Source: Candidatus Omnitrophota bacterium
GTDB taxonomy: Bacteria > Omnitrophota > Gorgyraeia > Gygaellales > Profunditerraquicolaceae
Length of the DNA: 64,000 bases
Assembly: GCA_028716705.1 (NCBI GenBank)
Contig: JAQUPI010000004.1
Location: 656-64,655 of the forward strand
Direction of reading: 5' to 3'
Shown: positions 8,632 to 18,661 of the stretch, in pieces
Layout of the letters: every line of letters starts with the position of its first letter
Numbering within the stretch: the stretch's first letter is position 1
Made by a program: the position numbers and the translations under genes
Notes under the pieces: model-generated
Databases searched by the model: none
What the model saw: the letters and a program-made list of their open reading frames with translations, nothing else
What the model was told of the DNA's origin: nothing

Positions 8632-9046
8632 CTTCCGCCCCTCTTTCTTTTTTCATTTTAGGTAATTCTTTTATTAGATCCAGTGTGTTATTTTTAATTT
8701 GGTCTCTTATTTTCCTAAAAAATTCCATATCTTTATCTTTTGGGTCCTCTATATTCCATTCTATATGTTTATGCGCAGGAACAAAAGGGCATATATCCTT
8801 ACAGCCTAAAGTTATCGCATAATCAAACTCTTTTATAGAAAGTTCGTTAAATCCCTTTGATTTCTGCTGCGAAATATCTATGCCTATCTCCCGCATGACT
8901 TCAACAGCATTTAGATTAATTTTCCCGGATGGTTTTGAACCCGCGCTATATGCTTCTAATATATCTTTCCCAAAATGATTAGCAAGGCCTTCTGCTATTT
9001 GGCTGCGGCAAGAGTTTTCTATGCACACGAACAATATTCTCTTCAT
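8615..9046 (-). CDS. arsenate reductase (thioredoxin-coupled ArsC) / low-molecular-weight protein-tyrosine phosphatase family
   Basis: ILFVCIENSCRSQIAEG CX5R P-loop. The start is set at the internal MKRILFVC. Confidence 0.7.
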   Translation of the reverse strand: MKRILFVCIENSCRSQIAEGLANHFGKDILEAYSAGSKPSGKINLNAVEVMREIGIDISQQKSKGFNELSIKEFDYAITLGCKDICPFVPAHKHIEWNIEDPKDKDMEFFRKIRDQIKNNTLDLIKELPKMKKERGAEDGKAF

Positions 9047-9050
9047 AAGA

Positions 9051-9806
9051 TTAACCGTATCTGCCGGTAATATAATCTTCTGTACGTTTATCTTCTGGCG
9101 CGGTGAAAATGATATCGGTCTTCCCAAATTCAATTAGTTCGCCTAAAAGCATAAAGCCGGTATCATCTGAAACTCTGGCCGCCTGCTGCATATTATGAGT
9201 GACTATTATTATAGTATATTTATTCTTCAGTTCACGCATTAATTCTTCTACTCTTGCGGTTGCCTGCGGATCTAAGGCCGAACAAGGCTCATCCATTAAC
9301 AATACATCGGGCCTAACAGCGATAAGCCTGGCGATACAAAGCCTCTGCCTCTGTTCCAATGATAACATCAAAGCCGGATGATTAAGCCTGTCTTTTAATT
9401 CATCCCACAGGAGAACATCCTTCAGGCTTTTCTCAACAATTTCATCTAACTTATCTCCGGATGAGCCTCTTCCATGGATCTTTTCCCCAAAGACAATATT
9501 TTCATAAACTGACAACGGAAATGGATTCGGACGCTGGAATACCATCCCCACTTTTTTACGCAATGCTACTAAATCCGCTCGGGAATCCAGGATATTCGCG
9601 TCGTCGATCAATACTTCCCCGCTCATGCGTACGCCTTCGATTAAATCATTCATGCGGTTAAAAACCCGCAACAAAGTAGACTTACCGCACCCCGAAGGGC
9701 CGATGATGGCGGTAATCTTATTTACCTCAAAGTCAGAGTTTACGCCTTTAAGGGCATGAAAACCGCCGTACCAAAGATTGAGGTTTTTAGTAGTTATTTT
9801 GGGCAT
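9051..9806 (-). CDS. pstB: phosphate ABC transporter ATP-binding protein PstB
   Basis: Walker [13 protein letters not shown] signature LSLEQRQRL, and the PstB-specific N-terminus. Confidence 0.9.
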   Translation of the reverse strand: MPKITTKNLNLWYGGFHALKGVNSDFEVNKITAIIGPSGCGKSTLLRVFNRMNDLIEGVRMSGEVLIDDANILDSRADLVALRKKVGMVFQRPNPFPLSVYENIVFGEKIHGRGSSGDKLDEIVEKSLKDVLLWDELKDRLNHPALMLSLEQRQRLCIARLIAVRPDVLLMDEPCSALDPQATARVEELMRELKNKYTIIIVTHNMQQAARVSDDTGFMLLGELIEFGKTDIIFTAPEDKRTEDYITGRYG

Positions 9807-10552
9807 TATCCGAATCTTCCCCTAATATAGCCGTCCGTCCGTTTATCTTGCGGGGCGGTAAAGATTTTATCGGTCGCGTCTATCTCAATAAGTTCCCCGC
9901 TTAAAAAAAACGCGGTCCTATCCCCCACTCTGGCCGCCTGCTTCACATTATTCGTGACTAAAACTATGGTATATTTTTCTTTCAGTTTTACCATCGCGTC
10001 TTCTACTTTCGCGGTAGAAATCGGGTCAAGCCCGGAACACGGCTCATCAAATAAGATCACTTCCGGGTCCACAGCCAATGTCCTGGCAATACAAAGGCGC
10101 TGTTGTTGCCCTCCCGACAATTTGAAAGCAGATTCATCCATCCGGCCCTTCACCTCTTCCCACAAATACGCCTGCCTTAGCGCCTGCTCAGTTTTCTCTT
10201 CCAACTTCTTTCTATTTCTTTCGCCTTGCATCCTGACGCCATAAACCACATTTTCAAATATGGATAACGGCAGCGGCAATGGCAGCGCGAAAACCATCCC
10301 TATCTTACGGCGTAATTCCTCTATGTCGATCCCCCTGATATCTTTTCTTTCCAGCTCTACCGCTCCCGTCATCTTAAAGGCCGCGTTAAGGTCGTTTAAA
10401 CGGTTAAGCGTGCGTAAAAAGGTTGTCTTTCCGCTGTTTGCCGGTCCGATCACGCTTAAAATCTCATTCGACCGTATCTCCAGATTCACTTGTTTTAACG
10501 CATGGATAGAACTGAACCAGATATTTAAGTCGTGTACCTCAAATTTTACCAT
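9806..10552 (-). CDS. pstB: phosphate ABC transporter ATP-binding protein PstB (second tandem copy)
   Basis: Walker [10 protein letters not shown] and ABC signature LSGGQQQRL. Highly similar to the downstream pstB. Confidence 0.85.
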   Translation of the reverse strand: MVKFEVHDLNIWFSSIHALKQVNLEIRSNEILSVIGPANSGKTTFLRTLNRLNDLNAAFKMTGAVELERKDIRGIDIEELRRKIGMVFALPLPLPLSIFENVVYGVRMQGERNRKKLEEKTEQALRQAYLWEEVKGRMDESAFKLSGGQQQRLCIARTLAVDPEVILFDEPCSGLDPISTAKVEDAMVKLKEKYTIVLVTNNVKQAARVGDRTAFFLSGELIEIDATDKIFTAPQDKRTDGYIRGRFG

Positions 10553-11394
10553 TTCTTCTTCTTCCTGAATTTATAACGGATGATTATCGCCACTAAGTTC
10601 ATAAATAAAACCAGCGTCAGCAATACGAATGCCGTCCCGTAACGTATTTTTTCATCAACGTTAGGCACTTGTGTAGAAATTACATAAAGATGGTACGGCA
10701 GAGCCATTGCCTGGTCAAAGACAGACTTGGGAAGTCGCGGCAGATAAAAAGCCGCGACAGTAAATAAAATAGGCGCAGTCTCTCCGGCTGCCCTGCCTAA
10801 ACCCAGAATAGTCCCGGTTAATATGCCCGGTATGGCATTGGGAAGGACGATGTGCCTTATAGTTTGCCATTTACTCGCGCCTAAAGATAAGCTTACCTCC
10901 CGAAATGACTGCGGAACGCTCTCCAGCGCCTCGCGGGAAGTAGTAATAATGACAGGCAGTATCATGATCCCGAGAGTCAATGATCCTGAAAGGATCGACA
11001 CTCCAAATTTAAAGAATACAACAAAAAGAGCCAAACCGAAAAGCCCATAAACCACAGAGGGCACACCCGCTAAATTGACGATGGCTAATTTTATAAGCCG
11101 TGTAAGCAGGTCATCTTTTGAATATTCGCTTAAATATATCGCTGAAAGCAGGCCTATAGGTAAAGCGAACATGATGGCGCCTACAACTAAATATACCGTC
11201 CCTATAATTGCGGGGAATATACCGCCCGCGCGCATCCCTTGCCGCGGCATATCCGAGAGAAATTGCCAGTTTATCGCGGGCAGCCCCTTTTGGATAATAA
11301 CCAGGACAATCAAGCCCACAGGCACTACTATTAAAAGCGTAGACAGGAATAAAAGAAAGAAAGCAATATTTTGGTTTTTGTAAGAATTCTTCAT
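10546..11394 (-). CDS. pstA: phosphate ABC transporter permease PstA
   Basis: Multi-TM permease with the EAA-type loop (GASKWQTIRHIVLPNAIPGI). Confidence 0.9.
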   Translation of the reverse strand: MKNSYKNQNIAFFLLFLSTLLIVVPVGLIVLVIIQKGLPAINWQFLSDMPRQGMRAGGIFPAIIGTVYLVVGAIMFALPIGLLSAIYLSEYSKDDLLTRLIKLAIVNLAGVPSVVYGLFGLALFVVFFKFGVSILSGSLTLGIMILPVIITTSREALESVPQSFREVSLSLGASKWQTIRHIVLPNAIPGILTGTILGLGRAAGETAPILFTVAAFYLPRLPKSVFDQAMALPYHLYVISTQVPNVDEKIRYGTAFVLLTLVLFMNLVAIIIRYKFRKKKKW

Positions 11395-12257
11395 TGCTGT
11401 CTTTTCTGCAAGAATAAATCAGCGGTTACGTTAATTGCGAAACTAATGATAAAAAGGATTATGCCGATAGCAAATAGAGCAAAATAATGTTCACTCCCGA
11501 CTACCGCCTCCCCCATTTCAGCGGCTATGGTAGCGGTTAAAGTCCTGACCGGCACTAAGATGCTGTTCGGCATGACCGCGGCATTACCTGTGATCATCAT
11601 TACCGCCATTGTTTCGCCGATCACGCGGCCTATTCCCAGCATGACTGCCGCGAGTATGCCGCTGGATGCTGCCGGAAGCATCACCCGCCAAATTGCCTGC
11701 CAATGCGTCGCTCCTAACGCCAGGGCCCCTTCTTTATACGTTTTCGGGACCGAATATAAAGCATCCTCGGCAATAGAAACTATTGTCGGCATAGCCATAA
11801 ACGCCAGCATTATTGAACCCGATAAGGCGGTTAAACCGGTAGGCAAATGGAATATATTCTTCACTAACGGCACCAGGGTTATCATTCCGATAAATCCCAA
11901 GACAACGCTGGGAATAGCCGCCAATAATTCTATTCCCGCCTTAAGGATCTCTTTGATCTTTAAAGGGGCAATCTCAGCGATATAAACAGCGCAGCCTACT
12001 CCGATAGGAATTGAAATGACCGCCGCTCCCAGCGTAACTAACAAGGAGCCGGAAATTAAAGGCAGTATCCCTAATTGCGCAGGCTCTGAAATAGGGTACC
12101 AATTTTTGCCGAACGAAAAATCAAAAGGGCTCACGGTTTTAAATACCGAAAGCCCTTCTTTTAACAGAAATAAAAAAATTAACGCCACAAAGAATATCGA
12201 GGCCAGCCCGCACACCTGTATAAGCTTTACGATTACGAATTCTTTGATTTTACGCAT
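11391..12257 (-). CDS. pstC: phosphate ABC transporter permease PstC
   Basis: Multi-TM permease with GATHWQAIWRVMLPAA, in the order pstS-pstC-pstA. Confidence 0.9.
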   Translation of the reverse strand: MRKIKEFVIVKLIQVCGLASIFFVALIFLFLLKEGLSVFKTVSPFDFSFGKNWYPISEPAQLGILPLISGSLLVTLGAAVISIPIGVGCAVYIAEIAPLKIKEILKAGIELLAAIPSVVLGFIGMITLVPLVKNIFHLPTGLTALSGSIMLAFMAMPTIVSIAEDALYSVPKTYKEGALALGATHWQAIWRVMLPAASSGILAAVMLGIGRVIGETMAVMMITGNAAVMPNSILVPVRTLTATIAAEMGEAVVGSEHYFALFAIGIILFIISFAINVTADLFLQKRQQ

Positions 12258-12270
12258 AGATAATCATATC

Positions 12271-13125
12271 TTATTTTTTTACAGGGACAAAATCAGTCGC
12301 CAAAACAATATCCTGCCCTTCTCTAGAAAGCGCGAAATCTATAAAATCTTTTACCGGGCCCTCAGGTATGCCGTCTGTATATAGGAACAGCGGCCTTGAG
12401 ATCGGATATTTTCCGTTTATAACGTTTTCAATTGTAGGCGCTTCATATTCTGAATTTTCATCTTTCGCGATAGACAATGGTTTTTGATTCTTTGAAATAT
12501 AGCCCATCCCGTAATATCCTATAGCCGCGGGATTTCCGGATACTTCATCGGCAATCGCCTGGGAAGATGAGAGCATTAACGCGCTTGGAGCGAATTCTTC
12601 TTTGCTGTTAGGGTCGTTCTTCCTCAAAATATGCTCTTTAAAGTAAACATGGGTCCCCGAATTGACCTCGCGCGACAATATCACGATCTTCTCGTCTTTG
12701 CCGCCAAATTCTTTCCAATTTGTAGCCCTCCCCGTGAAAATAGCCGCCAGCTGATCAGCAGTAACCGCGCTTACAGGGTTTTTCGGATTTACCACAACCG
12801 CAAGCCCGTCTAATGCAGCTTTTATTTCATTGGGGTTAATGCCTTTTTGCTTAGCAAAGGCTATTTCTTTCTCCTTAATGTTCCTTGAGCTCATGGCGAT
12901 GTCACAGGTCCCGCTGATCAGGCTTGATAAACCCGTACCCGAACCGCCGCCTGTAACCGCAATAAATTTAGCGGGATTTTTCTCCATGTATTTCTCAGCC
13001 CAGGCCTGGCCAAGATTAACCATTGTGTCAGAACCTTTTACCTGGATGGAGCCGCTGTCTTTAGAAGCGAAAGCGGGAATAGTTAAAGATGTAACAGACA
13101 GAATAAAGAGCAATTTTTTTAGCAT
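12271..13125 (-). CDS. pstS: phosphate ABC transporter substrate-binding protein PstS
   Basis: Signal peptide plus the PBP fold with TGGGSGTG. Confidence 0.9.
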   Translation of the reverse strand: MLKKLLFILSVTSLTIPAFASKDSGSIQVKGSDTMVNLGQAWAEKYMEKNPAKFIAVTGGGSGTGLSSLISGTCDIAMSSRNIKEKEIAFAKQKGINPNEIKAALDGLAVVVNPKNPVSAVTADQLAAIFTGRATNWKEFGGKDEKIVILSREVNSGTHVYFKEHILRKNDPNSKEEFAPSALMLSSSQAIADEVSGNPAAIGYYGMGYISKNQKPLSIAKDENSEYEAPTIENVINGKYPISRPLFLYTDGIPEGPVKDFIDFALSREGQDIVLATDFVPVKK

Positions 13126-13170
13126 TTTTTCCTCCTCTTTAACATATTATACTAATCCATATAATTTCTA

Positions 13171-13199
13171 TATGAAAATCATGTAAAATCTATGTAAAA
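13171..13199 (-). promoter_or_regulatory. Pho-box-like direct repeats (TTTTACAT / TTTTCATA, 10-11 bp period, three copies) upstream of pstS
   Basis: Minus-strand reading TTTTACATagaTTTTACATgaTTTTCATata, 45-75 bp upstream of the pstS ATG. An 11-bp period is typical for PhoB/PhoP binding. Confidence 0.5.
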
Positions 13200-13219
13200 T
13201 TAAAGAGCCAAGCAAAGGA

Positions 13220-13873
13220 CTAAAATAGTATCTTTAACTTTGTACCCAGAACGTTAGAATCTACCCAGATCTTCCCGCTCCTTGAACTCTGCAGTAAATA
13301 AAATACCTCTCCTTTTATGTTTTTAGTAACGTTCACGCCAACGCCCGAATAAAATCTATTCCGGCTGAATGCTTTATTTTGAAGATCCAGGAATATTTCA
13401 TCGGCTAGATACGGCTGGATCTGTAATTTCGTGAACTTCCAGGGAAACTTTATTGTAAACTTATTCCGGTAACGCCAGGCGTCCGCCTGATATTCAAAAT
13501 GCCTGTATTCGATACGGTTCCGGTCATCGATCTTGAATCCGTAAACGTCATATTTTAAGGCAGCGTTCAGGTGCGGGCGGTTCTCTTCTCTAAAATCCCC
13601 TTTCTTCTTCTCGTAGACCTGCCGGTAGTTTGCCCCGAGATCAAGATGTTTATTTATGCTATAGACAAATCCCGCGTCATAATGATGGTAGAAAAATTCC
13701 CCGGCGTCATCCGCCCACCGGAACTCTTCTTCCAAAGTTATCTTTGATCCTTTATTAATTTTGAATTCCTGATTTTCCGTATGCCATATCTGGAAATCCC
13801 CGTCATCGTAAGCATAAACTTTCGTTGTTAAAAATAAAACTAATCCAACTATTACAAAGATCCTTCTCTTCAT
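13220..13873 (-). CDS. secreted outer-membrane beta-barrel-like protein (DUF2490-like), probable Pho regulon member
   Basis: Signal peptide MKRRIFVIVGLVLFLTTKVYA, alternating amphipathic strands and a C-terminal aromatic (…KLKILF). Pho-box-like repeats upstream. Confidence 0.45.
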   Translation of the reverse strand: MKRRIFVIVGLVLFLTTKVYAYDDGDFQIWHTENQEFKINKGSKITLEEEFRWADDAGEFFYHHYDAGFVYSINKHLDLGANYRQVYEKKKGDFREENRPHLNAALKYDVYGFKIDDRNRIEYRHFEYQADAWRYRNKFTIKFPWKFTKLQIQPYLADEIFLDLQNKAFSRNRFYSGVGVNVTKNIKGEVFYLLQSSRSGKIWVDSNVLGTKLKILF

Positions 13874-14007
13874 CTTTTCTCCTTTTAATTATGGACGCCA
13901 GCCCAGCTATTACCCGGAACATATTGTAAAACTAACTCAAGCAATTTACCTCCTTTCTTTAATTATCAAAAGGAGTATATAATCAAAGTATTAAATGCGC
14001 TTCAAAG

Positions 14008-14030
14008 GTAAGTAAAATCCAGGTAAAATT
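14008..14030 (-). promoter_or_regulatory. Pho-box-like direct repeat (TTTTAC-N5-TTTTAC) upstream of the 13220..13873 gene
   Basis: Plus-strand GTAAAAtccagGTAAAA at 14012..14028. Same hexamer and period as the pstS upstream repeats. Confidence 0.4.
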
Positions 14031-14052
14031 TCTGAGGTGTTTTTGTGTCTGC

Positions 14053-15828
14053 TTACTGCGGTAGGGTAAACCAGAATTTTGAGCCAAAGCCTTCGGCGCT
14101 TTCTACGCCGGTACTCCCGTTATGGAGTTCAATGATGTGCTTTACAATAGAAAGCCCCAGGCCTGTTCCGCCGAGTTCGCGGGAACGCGCCTTATCCACG
14201 CGGTAGAAACGCTCAAAGATGCGGGGAATATCTTTCACGGGGATACCAATCCCTGAATCTTCTACAGTGACCTTAATTCTTCCTTTTATCTCTTCACTAT
14301 AAATCCTGACAAGGCCTTTCTCTTTATTGAACTTTATGGCATTATCCACCAAATTTGTGATCACCTGCTCTATCCGGTCTCTGTCGGCGGTAACCTGGAG
14401 GCTCGAAGGTAATTCATTCTTAATGTCTATCGCTTTCTTTTTCGATTGAGCCCTAAAGCCGGAGATGATCTCATCAAACTGCTCTTTCAGGTTAAAATCA
14501 CTCCTCTTAAGTGTTATTTCTTTTGACTCTAAATGCGATAAAGAAAGCAGGTCATTAACCAGCTTATCCAGGCGCTCGGCATGGTCATGGATTATCATTA
14601 AGAATTTCCGGTTATTCTCTCTATCGTCTAAAGCCCCTTCGAGCAGGGTTTCCACAAACCCTTTTATCGATGTAAGCGGGGTTTTCAATTCATGAGAAAC
14701 ATTGGCCACGAAATCGCTGCGCACGGTCTCCAATCTTCTTATTTCGGTTATATCATGTATAACTACGAGGCACCCCGCAGCTGACTTATTGTCCAATATC
14801 GGCGTGGCATTAACTTCAAAAACTCTACGCTCTACGGCGATAAGGCTGATTTCTCCGGACTTCGCTTTACCTTCATTTAAAACGCTGCTTAGGATCTCAA
14901 AGATATCATTATTGCGTATCACCTCCAAAAAGATCTTCCCCTCGGATTCTCTTTTAAGAATGTTAAATAATTTTTCTATTTCAGGATTAATGGAAACGAT
15001 GCGCAAATCCTTATCAACAACGATAATGCCTTCGATCATACTGTTAAAGACAGCCGAGAGCTTCTGATTCTGCGCCTTTATCTGTTTGATCTTATCTTCT
15101 AAGTCGGATGCCATTTTATTCAAAGTAGATGCCAGCTCCCCTATTTCATCTGCGGGTAGATCGATCATTTTATGGCTAAAATCACCTTCAGAAAATCTCC
15201 GCGAAACCCGTATCATCCTTTTTATCGTCTGTACAGTGCGCCCGGTGATTAAAGAAGCTAAGATAAAAGCAAGCGCAAGCGCAAAGAATAACCCTGTAAA
15301 GACCGTTCTTCTAAGGGCAAACAAAGTTTTCCGCACGCTTTCAAGCGGAAGAGCCAACCTTAATATTCCCGTAATTTCATTTTTATCCTTAAGCGGCAGG
15401 GCTATATAAAGCATATTTATTTTCAATGTAGATGAATAACGCTTATCTACGCCAACGGCTCCGGTTAAAGCGGTTTTTACTTCCGGACGATAAAGATGGT
15501 TCTCCATTCGCTGGATTTGGGATTCGGGTGTTTCGGAATCAGCCAGGACCCTGCCTGTAGTTTTTATAATTGTGATACGGCAACTCGTTTTACCGCTGAA
15601 CTCCTTGGCTAGAGCCTCTAAATATGGGATATCTTCCTGCTTCAGACGCTCAAGAGGGATCCGGTTTTCGATCAATCCGGCCTGGGTAATTAAAGAGGAT
15701 TGGATATTTTGGAGGGAATTCGCTTCTAAATTCCTGCTTAAAAAGAAGGCGATAAAACTAAAGGAGGCGAGGATTACAAAAACATATGAAAAAATGAGCT
15801 TCTGCGCGAAACTAATCCTCATGTTCAA
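14053..15828 (-). CDS. phoR: phosphate-regulon sensor histidine kinase PhoR-like (TM-HAMP-PAS-HisKA-HATPase)
   Basis: H-box SHELKTPLTSIKGF plus N, G1 and G2 boxes (GGTGLGLSIVKHI), directly downstream of the phoB-like response regulator. Confidence 0.85.
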   Translation of the reverse strand: MNMRISFAQKLIFSYVFVILASFSFIAFFLSRNLEANSLQNIQSSLITQAGLIENRIPLERLKQEDIPYLEALAKEFSGKTSCRITIIKTTGRVLADSETPESQIQRMENHLYRPEVKTALTGAVGVDKRYSSTLKINMLYIALPLKDKNEITGILRLALPLESVRKTLFALRRTVFTGLFFALALAFILASLITGRTVQTIKRMIRVSRRFSEGDFSHKMIDLPADEIGELASTLNKMASDLEDKIKQIKAQNQKLSAVFNSMIEGIIVVDKDLRIVSINPEIEKLFNILKRESEGKIFLEVIRNNDIFEILSSVLNEGKAKSGEISLIAVERRVFEVNATPILDNKSAAGCLVVIHDITEIRRLETVRSDFVANVSHELKTPLTSIKGFVETLLEGALDDRENNRKFLMIIHDHAERLDKLVNDLLSLSHLESKEITLKRSDFNLKEQFDEIISGFRAQSKKKAIDIKNELPSSLQVTADRDRIEQVITNLVDNAIKFNKEKGLVRIYSEEIKGRIKVTVEDSGIGIPVKDIPRIFERFYRVDKARSRELGGTGLGLSIVKHIIELHNGSTGVESAEGFGSKFWFTLPQ

Positions 15829-16504
15829 GTTTATAGCCGTAATTTTTTACCGTAACTATACGCCTGGATTCGCCCTTTAATTTCTTACGCAATGTCCTGA
15901 TATGGACGTCAACAGTCCGGGTTTGGATATCGATGGCATGGTCAAAACCCCAAATAGTGTCCAAAAGATAATCCCGGGACAGCACTCTTCCTCTGGCTTT
16001 TATCAGGGTCTTTAAAAGTTCAAACTCTTTTGCGGTCAATTCTACCGGTTTATCTTTAACACTCACGGTAATTCTCGACAGATCGACGATCAAATCGCCC
16101 AGCTTTAGAATTTCGGCTGTCTTATCCTTCTCTTTAGCCCGTCTTAGTACCGCTTTTATTCGAGCGGTCAATTCTCTTACGCTAAAAGGCTTGGTTACAT
16201 AATCATCGGCGCCCAATTCAAGCCCAACAACTTTGTCCGATTCCTGAGTTTTGGCGGTGAGCATAATGATCGGGGTCGATGCCGTCCTGGTTTCTTTTTT
16301 AAGCGCCTTGCAGACTTCCAAGCCGTCCATCCCGGGAAGCATTAAATCCAAAATGATCAAATCAGGATGCTCTCTTGACGCGTAATCTAAAGCGTCTTCC
16401 CCGTCTTGAGCGGACAACGTCCTGAACCCTTCTTTTTTAAGGTTATATTCCAGCATCTTGACTATATCTTTTTCGTCCTCGACAATTAATATTTTTTCCT
16501 TCAT
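15812..16504 (-). CDS. phoB: OmpR/PhoB-family response regulator
   Basis: Receiver domain (ILIVEDE...DLIILDLMLPGMDG) and a winged-helix DNA-binding domain (LTAKEFELLKTL...TVDVHIRTLRKKL). Confidence 0.9.
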   Translation of the reverse strand: MKEKILIVEDEKDIVKMLEYNLKKEGFRTLSAQDGEDALDYASREHPDLIILDLMLPGMDGLEVCKALKKETRTASTPIIMLTAKTQESDKVVGLELGADDYVTKPFSVRELTARIKAVLRRAKEKDKTAEILKLGDLIVDLSRITVSVKDKPVELTAKEFELLKTLIKARGRVLSRDYLLDTIWGFDHAIDIQTRTVDVHIRTLRKKLKGESRRIVTVKNYGYKLEHED

Positions 16505-16561
16505 GCGAATCCCTTGCTTATTCAGAACCGACTTAAACGGGACAAGCCGCCCGTTTCCTAA

Positions 16562-16652
16562 CTGGCGGTGGGGCTGGGATTCGAACCCAGGGTGGACTTA
16601 CGCCCACAACAGTTTTCAAGACTGCCGCTTTCAACCGCTCAGCCACCCCACC
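16562..16652 (-). tRNA. tRNA-Ser (anticodon TGA)
   Basis: 91-nt cloverleaf on the minus strand. GGTGGGG acceptor, long variable arm, anticodon loop CTTGAAA, T-arm GGTTCGAATCC, CCA encoded. Confidence 0.85.
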
Positions 16653-16683
16653 AGGATCAACGCCTTCTACGAAAGGATTTCGT

Positions 16684-17391
16684 TTAGCAAGAAAAGAGCT
16701 GCCGGAATGCAGCCCGGATAATCCCGCTGCCTGTTTGGAAGAAATTATTAAAAAAGTTTACGTAGGAAAAATTCTTGAACATTATATTCAGGCAAAAAGC
16801 AAACAGCATCACATTGAGTATATACACAAAAGAGAAGCCGAATATATAGTTCGCTTTCAAAAAATCGCCTTTCTTCGAACGCAGGGTTTTGGCGCTGTAG
16901 ACCAGATGCAGCACCAGGCTGAAGCTCAAAAGAAAAGTGAAATACCCTGTCCCTTCCTCGCTGAGCGCGAAAGACGCAAGCAAATATATGATAAAGAGCA
17001 GGATAGTATAGATTGGCAGAAGATACGGGGCCACCTTCACCAGTGGCTTTAAGAATTGAAAGACCATCTCCAAAAGCCTGTGGCCTTTTGAGTAAACGAT
17101 AGCCGGTTCATAAATGAAAAGATATATCACAATAAAACTGGAAACCCCGGCCCACAGGTAACTCTGAAATACCGCTTCTATGCCGCTCAACTCATTAAGA
17201 AAAGCCGCGGTCACCGAAAAGACAAAAGGCAGCAAACATACCCCCATCAAAAGCTTGAGTATGCCGAAAGCGTTTTGATATAAAAAAGCCGGTTTCGGTG
17301 AAGAAACCTCTCCGGAGTCAGCGGGAGCTTCCAGGTTCAGTTTGTTAAAGATCGCGTTGTCCTCTTTACCGGGAAATTCTTTCTTTGCCAT
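16684..17391 (-). CDS. hypothetical polytopic membrane protein
   Basis: 235 aa with at least 5 hydrophobic helices and no recognisable motif. Confidence 0.5.
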   Translation of the reverse strand: MAKKEFPGKEDNAIFNKLNLEAPADSGEVSSPKPAFLYQNAFGILKLLMGVCLLPFVFSVTAAFLNELSGIEAVFQSYLWAGVSSFIVIYLFIYEPAIVYSKGHRLLEMVFQFLKPLVKVAPYLLPIYTILLFIIYLLASFALSEEGTGYFTFLLSFSLVLHLVYSAKTLRSKKGDFLKANYIFGFSFVYILNVMLFAFCLNIMFKNFSYVNFFNNFFQTGSGIIRAAFRQLFSC

Positions 17392-18649
17392 CTAAATACG
17401 GCCTTAAGACCTCCGGGATCATTATCGAGCCGTCCTTCTGTTGGTAATTTTCCAATATGGCTGCTACCGTCCTTGCCAAAGCTATACCTGAGCCGTTTAA
17501 GGTATGCACATATTCGGTTGCCGGTTTGCCGGTTTGCCGGTTAACCTGTTTATATTTTATATTCGCGCGCCGCGCCTGGAAACTCTCAAAGTTACTGCAG
17601 CTTGAAACTTCAAGCCACTGGCCTATTCCAGCGGAATATGCCTCCAGGTCGTAGCACTTACTGGCTGAAAAGCTTAAGTCTCCGGTCGGCAGCATTACCA
17701 CCCTGTAAGGCAATCCCAACAGTTGCAAGACGCTTTCCGCATCGCTGACTAATTTTTCCAGCTCGTCGTAAGAGGTTTCGGGCTTAACGAACTTGACCAT
17801 CTCTATCTTGTCGAATTGATGCACCCGCATAAGACCCTTCGTATCTTTGCCGTAAGAGCCTGCCTCCCTGCGAAAACAGGCGGTATAAGCGGTATAATAA
17901 ACAGGCAGATCTTTCTCTTCAAGTATCTCATCCCGCAACATGTTGGTTACCGGGACCTCAGCCGTAGGGATGAGGAAGAGGTCATCATCTTTTAAGCGGT
18001 ACATATCTTCTTCCATTTTCGGAAGCTGGCCCGTCCCCGTCATTGACGCGCGGTTAACCAGGAATGGCGGGAAAATCTCCGTATAGCCGTGCTTTTTAGT
18101 GTGCAGGTCAAGCATAAAATTTATCAATGCCCGCTCTAGTTTAGCTCCCCATCCTTTGAAGAGGATAAAGTTTGATCCGGTGATTTTTGCCGCCCTGCCC
18201 AAGTCGATAATATCCAGGTGCTGGCCTAATTCTACATGGGTCGCCGGTTTAAAATCGAATTTTGGCGGATCGCCCCAGGAACGTACGGTCTTTTTACATG
18301 AGGCGTCTCCTACGGGTATAGATGAATGAGGGATATTGGGGATAGTCAAGAGCAATTTATCCAGCCCAATGGAGGCTGCCTTTAATTCACTCTCTAATCC
18401 GGCTATCTTTTCGGAGGTCTCCTTCATGGAAGAAATTTTTTCTTTAACGTCTTTTTTTTGCTTTAATAAAGCGGTTATTTCATCATTCGCCTTATTCTTC
18501 TGCCTCCTCAGGTCTTCCAGTTCGGTAAGGATTTTACGCCGGGAATCTTCTAGTTTTAGAAAACCATCCAGATCCAGCTGTAAGTTACGGTCCTTAAGCG
18601 ACTTTTTGACTAGTTCGCTGTTCTCTCTGATAAATCTTAGGTCCAACAT
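17366..18649 (-). CDS. serS: seryl-tRNA synthetase
   Basis: N-terminal coiled-coil tRNA-binding arm and class II motifs (…[21 protein letters not shown]…GSG…). Confidence 0.95.
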   Translation of the reverse strand: MLDLRFIRENSELVKKSLKDRNLQLDLDGFLKLEDSRRKILTELEDLRRQKNKANDEITALLKQKKDVKEKISSMKETSEKIAGLESELKAASIGLDKLLLTIPNIPHSSIPVGDASCKKTVRSWGDPPKFDFKPATHVELGQHLDIIDLGRAAKITGSNFILFKGWGAKLERALINFMLDLHTKKHGYTEIFPPFLVNRASMTGTGQLPKMEEDMYRLKDDDLFLIPTAEVPVTNMLRDEILEEKDLPVYYTAYTACFRREAGSYGKDTKGLMRVHQFDKIEMVKFVKPETSYDELEKLVSDAESVLQLLGLPYRVVMLPTGDLSFSASKCYDLEAYSAGIGQWLEVSSCSNFESFQARRANIKYKQVNRQTGKPATEYVHTLNGSGIALARTVAAILENYQQKDGSIMIPEVLRPYLDGKERISR

Positions 18650-18661
18650 GTGTTTTTCCTT

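Noticed and set aside
16505-16561. Short hairpin AAACGGG-N9-CCCGTTT between tRNA-Ser and phoB as a terminator
   Set aside because: The stem is only 7 bp and it lacks a following U-run on the transcribed strand. It is too weak to call.
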